Part shown: piece by piece, positions 1 through 12,085 of the stretch
Position numbering within the stretch: position 1 is the first letter of the stretch
Layout: each line of letters starts with the position of its first letter
The notes under the pieces: generated by a model
What the model was told of the DNA's origin: nothing
The model's database searches: none
What the model saw: the letters and a program-made list of their open reading frames with translations, nothing else
Assembly (NCBI GenBank): GCA_012295275.1
Contig: CM022679.1
Location: 7,626,001-7,690,000, forward strand
Length of the DNA: 64,000 nt
Source of the DNA: Chrysomallon squamiferum
Taxonomy: Eukaryota > Animalia > Mollusca
Direction: 5' to 3'
Translations under genes and position numbers: made by a program

Positions 1-233
1 CAGCGTATATTATTGGTAACCAATAAATAACTGTTCGTTTTCGCTGAAGGGTTAGGTCAATGATTTAATTAAACCCGACACGGACTGACGCGCATGTCCG
101 CCGTGTTACGTACTCTGAACGATTACGCAAGAAGTCAGAAAAACGCGCTGAACTTGCAGCAGGTTCGAAAAACGAGCTTTTGTCATATAAAAGAATGTGA
201 TAATAAATATATTTTTTGTGTTTTTGTTTAATG

Positions 234-753
234 ATGCACTGAACATATTTTAATTTAAGTGATGTGGCGTCATGTGTATGTGGTCGATTTTCGCACGGAA
301 AATCAGAGAGGAAACTCGCTTCCGCTAAGCGGTCACGTTTTCTTTGTTTTCTTTTCTCTTATCCTTTTTATTTTTTTTTTCTTAGTTTATTTTTTTTTTT
401 TTTTTTTTTTTCTTAGTTTTATTTTTATTTTTATTTTTTTCTTGAATATTTATTTATTTTATTTATTTATTTATTTATTATTTGTATTTTTTTTTTTTTT
501 TTTAGTGATTAGATGGCAAGAAAAAACATATCACTGCTTTAGGTAAGAGTGATAGAGTTCTTAAAAGCGAAATGATTTATATTGACTAAAATATAATATT
601 ATTAAAAATAAATAAATTAGTATTTTATGCACTGAACATATTTTAATCTAAATGATATGGCGTCATGTATGTGGTCGATTTGCGTACGGAAAATGAGAGA
701 GGAAACCCGCTTCCGTAAAGCAGTCACGTTTTCTTTCTATTCTTTTTTCTGTT

Positions 754-800
<47 letters not shown>

Positions 801-971
801 CTCTGTTTTTCTTTTTATTTATTTATAATATTTTTTGTTTTATTTATTTATTTATTTATTTTTTAAATTTTTATTGATTAGATGACAAGAAAACACATAT
901 CACTGTTTTAGGTTAGAGTGATAAAGTTCTTAAAGAGAAAGGGTTTATTTTTACTAAAGTATAATATTATT
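234..971. repeat. Diverged tandem duplication, period ~393 bp, probably a decayed SINE fragment with internal poly-T expansion
   Basis: atgcactgaacatattttaat...gagaggaaac(t/c)cgcttccg...polyT...gattagatg(g/a)caagaaaa...tataatattatt occurs at 234 and 627. SINE origin is from recalled similarity to a gastropod SINE, unverified. Confidence 0.8.
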
Positions 972-1061
972 TACAGGCAGTTAGTTGCCTTCTCTTTTTC
1001 TCTTACTTCAATTTGCATTAATTGTGTGTGTATTGCATATGTGTCGCTGTAAATATGTGCC

Positions 1062-1096
<35 letters not shown>

Positions 1097-1557
1097 GAGA
1101 AACGAAAGTGACTATCGGAGTAATTTGTCATCGTCTACAGGACTCTGTGAATATCACTTACAGAAAAACAAGTATGGATTTACGGGATCTCGCTGTATTA
1201 CCGAGCAACGCCTTGAGGCGGGAAGCTGTAGCGATGTGCTGTGTCTCTGTACACAGCTGATTACGGGGGGGGGGGGTAATACTGCTGAGACTTCTCGCTA
1301 ACTCATGTTAAATAACGTCTTGGACAATAACAAAAATAATTTTTCCCCAGCTATTGCTATTGTTCTTGTTTTATATATTTTATTTTATTTTTTTATTATT
1401 ATTATTATTATTATTTTTTTTTAAGTATTATTAGTTTTCATATATATATACTATATATATATATACTATTGTGGGGTCACTTGCTTTGTGCTTATCCATA
1501 TCCCCTTCTCATTCTCATGTCATTCACGCATTCAGACATATCTATCAAGCATACCCA

Positions 1558-1558
<1 letters not shown>

Positions 1559-1631
<73 letters not shown>
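1559..1631. repeat. (CT)n microsatellite
   Basis: Direct. Confidence 0.98.
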
Positions 1632-1634
<3 letters not shown>

Positions 1635-4600
1635 GTTTTTCGTATTCTCTGTCTGTCCGTGTGTCCGTCTACCTCGCACGGTCTTTCTTTCTCTCATATA
1701 TTTCTTTCTTTTTCATACTCTTTCAATTTTTCTTTGTTTTTCTTCTTTTTCCCGTTTTACATTATCCTCATAGATCGTCACACGTGAGACACGAACTGGA
1801 GAAGTCTGCAAGCTAAACTAAAAGGGCTTTTTTTTTTAACGTAGAAGTGATTTTCCTTAATAAGCAAGAATACGAAACGAAAGCAGTGTTTTCTTTTGTG
1901 TTTTCTTTAATAAGAAAAATCAGACACGTCTGACCAAAACGTGAACTTGCGACTATTATTATTATTTTCAAAAACGCAGACGACCGTTAATAAGCTTTCC
2001 TCCAGAATGGAATTAGTCATCACCGAACACCACTGCCAGGTGTTGATGTTGAATGATTAAAAATGTTTCTAATGCACGTGGATTTAACCATACGCTAATC
2101 AAAATGAAGCAGAGAGCGTCACAAATCCGCAGACGCCTAAAAAAAAAAATTACTATAGGATGAAATTCGATATAAATATTTCGACAAATAAAGCAGATTT
2201 TGTAACAAGAAGTTTCTAAGTTTTATATTACGTTTAGGGCCTCGTCAAGCATAAATCCGGCATTGGATGCATTCATACACAAAACATACAGCAGAATCTC
2301 ACTGGTTCAATGTTATAATTGTAGTCCTCAGAGTATATGTGTGTGTGTGTATATATACACATATATTCCTGTAAAGATCTTTGAACGTTTTATTTTATAT
2401 ATATATATATGCATGTGTGTGTGTGTTTCCTTTTCTTTTTGTTTTTGTTTTTTCTGTTTTTCTTTGCTCGCTAAATGATGTTGTTAAGTTCTTAACGTTC
2501 GACTACGACCAGACGAATGTAAGTCTTCTGTCAATATTACCAGTATCTTGATCCGCTAATCCGTGAAATACGAAAAGAAAAACCATCGAAACGAGACTAA
2601 CTTTACTGTGACTGCACATTTGTTTAGTTCAGCGTCAGGATTAATTATTTACGCGAAACGATCTGTAGATAAATCAGAGAATCGCTCAAATATCTCTGCA
2701 ATCTTTTCTCTGTCATGCTGCCCACCGGGCGGCTATCAGTATCGATATCTCTATAGTACAGCCGATGTTACAGTGACTGCTGGATGAATCGTGTTTCACA
2801 GAAACAGTATCAGTAACATCGAGTGTATTCTCATAAACTCTTCAGAGCAGAGTTTCTTTAACGGCTGAAAGGTAAAAAAAAAAAAAAAAAAAAATAGATG
2901 AAGGAGTCACTTCATTTACTGAGATTTTTTAAATATTATTATCATTGTTGTTCTGCTCTAAAAAAAAAAAAAAATAACTACGAATACCTTTTGAGTGATT
3001 AGTCAGCTTAAGTTGCTCTTTAATGTCAAGTGGAATTGGAAATGATATTAAAAGAAATGTATTGTTAATTATCTTTACATGCCTTTTTTCTTCTTTCTTG
3101 ACATATGTTTACGATGTTCAAAAACTGAAATAAAGTAGATACTTTACAAATGCAGTTTTTTTTTTTTTTTAATTTCTTATGTAACAAAATGAATTATTTA
3201 CATATAAAATTATTAGAGTATAAAAAAAATTGCAAATTTAGTCACAGGTGGGTTAAAAACTCGAGGATGAATCGAATGGCACTGAAACAGTTTAAGAAAT
3301 ACAATAGTGTTCTGAAAGAAATATCATGATGTCATATTTACAAACAATCGCCAGTTGTTGGTTTTTATTGCTGTTGTTGTTGTCGTTTTGATAACCATTG
3401 CTGAAGAAGATTTTATTGTTGTTGTTCTTTTTCAGGTTTTCAGGTTTTAGGTTTTAATTACGGTGAATGACGCAGTATTTCTATCTTCTTGTTATTACAT
3501 AGTTTGTTTCTTTGATGATCAATTTCCCTTTCATTTCACTTCCTTCTTTTTTAACTTTTTGTTGTTGTTGTAATGTTTGATTTTATAGTTTAGAGGGGGT
3601 TGTTATTGCCTGAGAAGTGTTCTTTTTGTTTTGAGGACGCGTTGATGTCGTTGTTTTATTATTCTTTTCGAAGTTTCACTTTAGAATTACAATTTGAGAA
3701 CAAGGTTCCAAAAAACAAAACTAAACAAAACAAATCAAAATGTCCACTGGTGGTGGATTCACCATTCCATGATGGCTAGTGTAGCATTTCGTAATTAATA
3801 TCAACTAGACAAGCATCCACTGACTTGTGTGTAGACCAATCAGAAACATAACCCGGAAGCGAAAGAAAGCAAACTGATCAGCTGAAAACAAACCAGTTTT
3901 GTAATCATGGACAGATGAATGTAATTTCAGTCTTTTCTCGTGTAATTTTACAGTCAATCCACAGCAGTGTTATTACTTCAGTTTTGAAGCGTCAGTACAT
4001 GACCAAAAGAAAACCAAAAATTTGACCAACTGACTCAGCGTATGACTCTTACAACAGGATCTGATAGAAGAATGCTTTATTAAAAATAAATTGTATTTAA
4101 CATTTCCTATCAATAAACAAGAGCTTATAAAAAAATAAAATATTTCTTGGTACTGTTTGTTGCCAGCGTTAATTATTCATCTTATAAGAAATCCGTTTAA
4201 TTTAAAGACAACATTTTGAATTTGACCAACACCGTAGAAGAAATATCTGTACTGAGAGAATTCACAAACATACAGAAAACCATAAATATTTTTGTGAAGA
4301 CCTCAGATATGGTAATGGAAAAGACAGAAAACGTCAAAGATCTTGTAAGAACCAGGCAAACAAGAAATGTAGACAGATCTGTTATTGACAGACACGTATC
4401 TTGGAAGATTCAGGGATTTTTCCTAAGACAAAAAGGTCAGTGCAACTTCCTCTTCCTGTATTCAGTGGCTTTGTTGTGGGTTTTCTTTTTTTCTGTTCAT
4501 ATTTGTTTAGTTATTGCAGTTGTTGTTTTGTTACTTTTTCTGGTTTTTTATTTTTTATTTTTAGTTCATACTGTTTAGTTATTGCAGTTGTTATTGTTTT

Positions 4601-5534
4601 GTTACGGGTTTTTTTTTTGGGGGGTTGGGGTTTTTTTGTGTGTGTGTATTTTGTTTGTTTCTTTTGTTTGGGATTCTTTGTTGTTTTTTTGTTGTTTTTT
4701 AATATTTTAAAAATAGTTTTAATTGTTTTTTATTTTTTGGTTTTTATTTTTGTTTAACTTTTTTTCTGGTTGTTTTGCGTGTTAGTTAATTAATAATGTC
4801 AAACATCTTATCATCATCATCATCATCATCATTTTTTTTCATCTCTTAAAAACGTTTTAAGGGGATTTGTGAAAGGACGATGTTCATTTTAATTACATGT
4901 GGCTGTCCACTGTTTGTAGACATTTTCTTCAATGTCACTGATTTAACCAATACTTCAGTAAAACGTTGGCGCTGAAGTGAATGCCAGACGCGTGTGGCTC
5001 TAACAGACAACCATTGTCAATGGAGTAAACTAGTTGATGAGGCTGTTTGAGTACATCTCTGTCTGCTTCCAGACTTTTAATTTCCAAGGACTTGTAAGCC
5101 CACAAGCGAATACCTAATAAAGTTCACAAAGGCAAAATACAGAATTTCAGAAAAGGGTCTGCAATTGTGGTGGAAAATATAAAGAAATAAAAAATAGTCT
5201 GCAAAAATAAATAAATAAAAAAATTAAATAAATATATAATATAACTATGTTGGATTTTAATACCCAAAGTAAATGCTTGATTTTTTATTTTTGTTCGTTT
5301 CTGTTTGTTTGTTTTGTTTGGCTATTGTTTTATTTGTTTTTCTTTATTTATTATTAATTATTTTCAAACGAATATATGCATTGAAAATTAAACTTTTTAT
5401 ACTGTTTAGTAGTTAGTCGGAACTGGAAAAACTAGAAAACACTATCAGAGACAAATTAATGATATTACCAAGAAACAAAATCAAAGCAAAAACGTGTAAA
5501 TTCTATATTAATTCACCTTTCTTTGAACATTATC

Positions 5535-5930
5535 TCTAGTTTTGACGTTATTATGATCATAGAATGAGCTCATATTTTGACAATAGTAAGGAGAACTTCA
5601 TCAAAAATATATATATACATATATATATACAATGATATTGTTTCTGAAGACTTTAACACTAAAAGTTTACATCGAAACAAACACAACTCCTTGCGACGCC
5701 ATTGTTAACGTCAAGGTGACTTCTTTTACGTCGTACTTGTGTCTATATAAGGACGACAAAAACAGAATGACGCAAGCCTGAGGGTTCTTTTTATAAAACA
5801 ATTGAACATCCACTACCCCGTTGATTTTTATCCGGGATGTGGAAAAAACGGCCCTTTTCAGGGCCACCCCCACCCACCCCCTCAATCTCATGAATGAGTA
5901 GTTCTCTGTTCATAATCCTATTGCTTTGCC
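5535..5930 (+). repeat. Histone-stem-loop-bearing local repeat, copy 1
   Basis: Near-identical to 8981-9240, 11420-11814 and inverted 14998-15385. TATATAA at 5744; stem-loop at 5850-5865; ends in (AAT)n. Confidence 0.95.
5846..5870 (+). terminator. Histone 3'-UTR-type stem-loop motif
   Basis: AAAC-GGCCCT-TTTC-AGGGCC-ACCC matches the metazoan histone mRNA stem-loop consensus; function here untested. Confidence 0.75.
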
Positions 5931-5980
<50 letters not shown>

Positions 5981-6127
5981 TAAATAAATATAATTAATTT
6001 AATTAATTAATTAATTAACTAAATTAATAAAATTAATTTAAAAAAAAAAAATATATAAGCAACAGTAATATTAAAAACAACAACATCATCAACAACAACA
6101 ACAATAATAATAATCAAATGTTCTTAT

Positions 6128-6374
6128 AGAGAGAAAGGACTACGTAGATACAGACTTGTAAATATACTCGTAAAAAAATACAAAATGTTTTTGAATGTAG
6201 TACAGGTCCACTATCAGCAGTCAGGCGGGTTATTGATTTTGCGGTGTAACAGAGTAATTAGGTTCGAATACACTTAATTCAACTATTTAGTCCCTCTTTC
6301 TAGCTCTGAAATACCACTAAAAACTACTATCGAATTTATTTTTATTTCATTTTATTATTATTTATTACTATTAT

Positions 6375-6434
<60 letters not shown>

Positions 6435-6561
6435 CAATTCATGCTTATCTTCTGTGGACAGTGTTTGTATCATATAACGAGAATCATTTCCTTTATTCTC
6501 TGAAACAATAGTTTGGTTAAAAGTTAGCAGATCATAATAACAATAATAAATGAAGAATGGC

Positions 6562-6613
<52 letters not shown>

Positions 6614-7252
6614 AAAAAGAAAGAAATAAAGAAAGAAAAGCTATATTTACGACGTCATAATGCCGTAGATTAAAAGCGTTTCTAAGTGCTTCGTGTTTTC
6701 CTTCTTTGCTAGGCGCACCACACCGGAATCCATTCGTAGATTGTGTCTATTGTGTGAATGAAATCTCGAAGTCAGAAGTCAGACCGATCACTAAATGTCT
6801 GCGTGAAACTGTCTCAGACCGCGATTTAATGAAGTTGAAAAGTTAGCATGACTTAACTTTATTGGTTTTCATTGTATCAGCAACCTTGACTTACGTCATG
6901 GTTTGACCTTGACGCTAATAAACGAAATTGTCGTTTTCTTTATGAAGTGTCGTCCATGAAATAAAGGTTATGTCATTATTTTGTTCCATTTTCATCCTCA
7001 TTCAAAAATAGTCCCACATTTTCATTACAGGACGTAATTCGATTAACTGGAAACGACTATTTTACTGGCAATAAGTAGAAACACAATTTGCTATGATAAT
7101 ATAATTATATTGTCCAATAGCTTTTTGAGTGAACAGCATTATTTGATTTATTTCGGTACAGAAGTTCAAAACTGTTGTTTTTATCTAGTGTTATCTAGTT
7201 TTATCTAGTTTTAAGCTGTAACATAAAAACAGAATAGACTGAATCCGTCACA

Positions 7253-7285
<33 letters not shown>
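6128..7285 (+). repeat. ~1.15-kb non-coding segment duplicated at ~10025-11155
   Basis: Long near-identical stretches (e.g. gctaggcgcaccacaccggaatcc; ttacgtcatggtttgaccttgacgc) differing mainly in microsatellite lengths. Confidence 0.95.
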
Positions 7286-7302
<17 letters not shown>

Positions 7303-7927
7303 TTTTTTAAATCTACCAGAATTCGTGCTATCGTAAATCAGAGCCCACCATTGGAGGTATGGGGAAATCAGCAGAAGAACGCTTGGTCAATGTCCGTACT
7401 TTTTTTTCTGAACGACTTTAATGTTAATTAGTTGTTCTGTGTAAATAACAAGTCGGTGTGTCTAGATATAACAATGAGGTTACTCTTGTAACGCAGGTGT
7501 AAGAATAACTCTAATGACAGAATTGGGACTCGTTATTTTCCTTATTATTTGTAATACGAACATTCAAATTAATTTTGGACAGGGAATAAAAAGGAGACGA
7601 TCTTATTGTTAAAATTTCCGGTTTAAAAAAAAATAATAATAATAAAATAAAATTAATTAGTTCTTGCAGAATGCACTTTTGTTAATTATGTCTCTAATTA
7701 GTATTAGTCGTGTTGATACAAATATACAGTAGGTAACAGGTTACGTAGCAGGACGCTGAGAAAAGAAAGAATGAAAGAAAGTCAACAAAAAGTAATTAAA
7801 AAACAAAATACAAAATATAAATTTACAAAGTGATTGCAAATCATAAATCTACATTTTCATATTTTATCATGGTCACCATAATATATACGAACGAAATACA
7901 TCATCCGATATTTTTTTCTTTTCTCTA

Positions 7928-7958
<31 letters not shown>

Positions 7959-8556
7959 CCTTCCACGAACGTATCTGAAAATTGCACAAACTGTCCACCA
8001 TAATGTATTAAAGTTCATGAAAATTACATATATTTTGCAGTCCTGAATGAAAAAAACATATTCGTTCAAGTAGATATGAAATGATAAATATGGCTGAAGA
8101 TGAAATAACGAATTTTTCATCACAGAGTTGCTCTGATAGTAAACAATAAATAAAACCTGGAATGAAACGTAACACATTACAAGACATTATCAAGCTGATA
8201 CAACATTATCAAGCTGATAAATCGGAATAAATACAGTGTATGAGACCAAGTGTGAAATATTTAAAAAAAAAAAAGGAAATCCTCCGATATTAGAAATAAT
8301 GTCTGCTGCAAACAAATGAATGAATAAATTCTTTAGTATATTATATGACACTTCAGACGTTTCAATATTAATGATTATTGTTTATTTTTATAATGATGAT
8401 ATACGAAAGATGATATATCGTTATCATTTTGTTGATTACTTTTATCGATCAACTGTCTGAGTTTTTTTGTTTGTTTGTTAAAGATCTATCCACAGACAGA
8501 CGAGAATGTACCGCGTACTTTAATATGTCCACCGAGGTATTCAGTTTTAATGGAAA

Positions 8557-8745
8557 ATTATCATTATTATTACCACTTCTACTACTACTACTGCTGCTGC
8601 TGCTGCTACTACTACTACTACGTCTACTACTATTACTTCTTCTTCTTCTACTACTACTACTACTAGTGCTACCAGAACTTACTACATCTACTATTATAAT
8701 TACTACTACTGCAACTATTAGTATTAGTATTAGTATAAGTATAGT
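8557..8745. repeat. Compound trinucleotide microsatellite (CTA/CTG/CTT/ATT)
   Basis: Direct. Confidence 0.9.
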
Positions 8746-8980
8746 TTCTAACGAAATCCACAGATCAAGTGATTATTAATTCATAATACTTTAATGCTGT
8801 TTGTTTTAATTTCACTTGCAAAGCGTAAGTAATTAAATAAAAGCTGTGAGGAATCACAGGTTCAAACCATGCCGCTACGTCATCTGGCTGTTATCAAATA
8901 CTGCTTGTGCTCTGTGACTGCTTAGAAAAAACTGTTCATCTGTACCTTCCTTACTATAGACGCATTTGAAAAACACAGCA

Positions 8981-9240
8981 CAGCGAAACAAACACAACTC
9001 CTTGCGACGCCATTGTTAACGTCAAGGTGACTTCTTTTACGTCGTACTTGTGTCTATATAAGGACGACAAAAACAGAATGACGTAAGCCTGAGGGTTCTT
9101 TTTATAAAACAATTGAACATCCACTACCCCGTTGATTTTTATCCGGGATGTGGACAAACGGCCCTTTTCAGGGCCACCCCCACCCACCCCCTCAATCTCA
9201 TGAATGAGTAGTTCTCTGTTCATAATCCTATTGCTTTGCC
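8981..9240 (+). repeat. Histone-stem-loop-bearing local repeat, copy 2 (5'-truncated)
   Basis: Direct sequence identity; stem-loop at 9160-9175. Confidence 0.95.
9156..9180 (+). terminator. Histone 3'-UTR-type stem-loop motif
   Basis: AAAC-GGCCCT-TTTC-AGGGCC-ACCC. Confidence 0.75.
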
Positions 9241-9820
9241 GAATATAATAATAATAATAATTAATAAATAAATAAATAAATAAATAAATTATTTAATTAA
9301 ATAATTAATTAACTAAATTAATAAAATTAATAAAAAATAAATAATAACAACAGTAATATTAAAAACAACAATAACAACAACAACAACAAAATAATAATAA
9401 TAATAATAATATTAATAATAATAATTATAATGATAATTATAATAATAACAATAATAATCAAAGTTCTTACAGTGAGAACTCTAATTTTGACGTTATTACG
9501 ATCATAGAAAAGACAAATTTTGACATAAGTAAGGAGAACTTCATCAAAAAATAGGTATATATACATATACAGCGAAACAAACACAATCAGAGAATGAATT
9601 GTTTCTAAGGACGACAAAAAGGTCTACGTAGATACACACTTGCAAATACAGATACTCGTAAAAAAAAAATACTAAATGTGAGTATTTTATGTATGAATCA
9701 TAGGAATCGCAGTGACCCTAAATCTGTTAACTTTGTGTTACTTAGTACTTACCATTATAATCAAGTGCAACCCACCCACCCCCTCAATCTCATGAATGAG
9801 TAGTTCTCTGTTGCTTTGCC

Positions 9821-9899
<79 letters not shown>

Positions 9900-10024
9900 A
9901 ATAAATAAAATAATAACAATAATAATAATAATAAATAAATGAATAAATAAATAATTTAATTAATTAACTAAATTAATAAAATTAATACAAAATAAATATA
10001 AACAACAACAACAATAATAATAAA

Positions 10025-10463
10025 CAGAGAGAAAGGATTACGTAGATACAGACTTGTAAATACAGATGCTCGTAAAAAAAAAAGTACAAAATATTTTTGA
10101 ATGTAGTACAGGTCCACTATCAGCAATTAGGCGGGTTATTGATTTTGCGGTGTAACAGCGTAATTAGGTTCGAATACACTTAATTCAACTATTTGGTCCT
10201 TCTTTCTAGCTCTGAAATACTACTAAATACTACTATCGAATTTATTTCTGTTTCATTTTATTACTATTATTTATTACTGTTATTATTTTTATTTTTATTT
10301 TTTTATTTTTTTATTTTTATTTTTTTTTTTTTTTTTTCAAGTTCATGCTTAATTTCTGTGGACAGTGTTTGCATTTCACTCAACGAGAATCATTTCCTTT
10401 ATTCTCTGAAACAATGGTTTGGTTAAAAGTTAGCAGATTATAAAAATAATAAATGAAGAATGG

Positions 10464-10501
<38 letters not shown>

Positions 10502-11124
10502 AAAAGAAAGAAAGAAAGAAAAGCTATATTTACGACGTCATAATGCCGTAGATTAAAAGCGTGTCTAAGTGCTTCGTGTTTTCCTTCTTTGCTAGGCGCA
10601 CCACACCGGAATCCACTCGTGGATTGTGTCTATTGTGTCTATTGTGTGAATGAAATCTCGAGGTCAGAAGTTAAACCGATCACTAAATGTCTGCGTGAAA
10701 CTGTCTCAGACCGCGATTTAATGAAGTTGAAAAGTTAGCATGACTTAACTTTATTGGTTTTCATTGTATCAGCAACCTTGAGTTACGTCATGGTTTGACC
10801 TTGACGCTAATAAACGAAATTGTCGTTTTCTTTATGAAGTGTCGTCCATGAAATAAAGGTTATGTCATTATTTTGTTCCATTTTCATCCTCAGTCAAAAA
10901 TAGTCCCACATTTTCATTACAGGACGTAATTCGATTAACTGGAAAGGACTATTTTACTGGCAATAAGTAGAAACACAATTTGCTATGATAATATAATTAT
11001 ATTGTCCAATATCTTTTTGAGTGAACAGCATTATTTGATTTATTTCGGTACAGAAGTTCAAAACTGTTGTTTTTATCTAGTTTTAAGCTGTAACATAAAA
11101 ACAGAATAGACTGAATCTGTCACA

Positions 11125-11155
<31 letters not shown>
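10025..11155 (+). repeat. Second copy of the 6128-7285 segment
   Basis: Direct sequence identity. Confidence 0.95.
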
Positions 11156-11161
<6 letters not shown>

Positions 11162-11419
11162 TTGCCGACATCTCCTCAACCTAATTTTATATGTCCACTC
11201 ACTTGATCTATTTGTTTTTATTTGTTTTTCTTTATTTATTATTAATTATTTTTAAACGAATGTATGCATTGAAAATGAAACTTTTTATATATTTTAATAT
11301 GTAGTCGGAACTGAAAAACTAGAAAACACTATCAGAGACAAATTAATGATATTACCAAGAAACAAACAAAAAAAAACCCGTGTAAATTCTATATTATTTT
11401 ACCTTTCTTTGAACATTAT

Positions 11420-11814
11420 CTCTAATTTTGACGTTATTACGATCATAGAAAGAGCTCAAATTTTGACATAAGTAATGAGAACTTCATCAAAAATATATAT
11501 ATACATATATCAGAGAATGATATTGTTTCTGAAGACTTTAACGCTAAAAGTTTACAGCGAAACAAACACAACTCCTTGCGACGCCATTGTTAACGTCAAG
11601 GTGACTTCTTTTACGTCGTACTTGTGTCTATATAAGGACGACAAAAACAGAATGACGCAAGCCTGAGGGTTCTTTTTATAAAACAATTGAACATCCACTA
11701 CCCCGTTGATTTATATCCGGGATGTGGACAAACGGCCCTTTTCAGGGCCACCCACCCCCACCCCCTCAATCTCATGAATGAGTATTTCTGTGTTCATAAT
11801 CCTCTTGCTTTGCC
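11420..11814 (+). repeat. Histone-stem-loop-bearing local repeat, copy 3
   Basis: Direct sequence identity; stem-loop at 11734-11749 followed by ACCCA. Confidence 0.95.
11730..11754 (+). terminator. Histone 3'-UTR-type stem-loop motif
   Basis: AAAC-GGCCCT-TTTC-AGGGCC-ACCCA. Confidence 0.78.
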
Positions 11815-11863
<49 letters not shown>

Positions 11864-12036
11864 ATTTAATTAATTAATTAAAAATATATATATAAACAAC
11901 AGTAATATTAAAAATAACATCAACAACAACAACAATAATAATAATAAATAAATAAATAATTTAATTAATTAATAAAAAAAAAATATATATAAACCACAGT
12001 AATATTAAAAATAACATCAACAACAACAACAACAAC

Positions 12037-12085
<49 letters not shown>

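Noticed and set aside
259-1816. ORFs rich in F, LS, or RE (also 4401, 8429, 9327, 14736, 51551-51906, 52199, 54675, 61487)
   Set aside because: Translations of poly-T, (CT)n, (ATT)n and (CTA)n tracts, with no splice or homology support.
5667-5891. Antisense ORF family STSRIKINGVVDVQLFYKKNPQA (also 8954-9223, 15050-15259)
   Set aside because: Recurs only because the DNA is recently duplicated. Starts differ between copies and rely on non-ATG or variable codons, and I recognise no domain.
6220-6275. tRNA or Pol III gene suggested by B-box-like GGTTCGAATAC (also ~10167)
   Set aside because: No convincing A box or cloverleaf.
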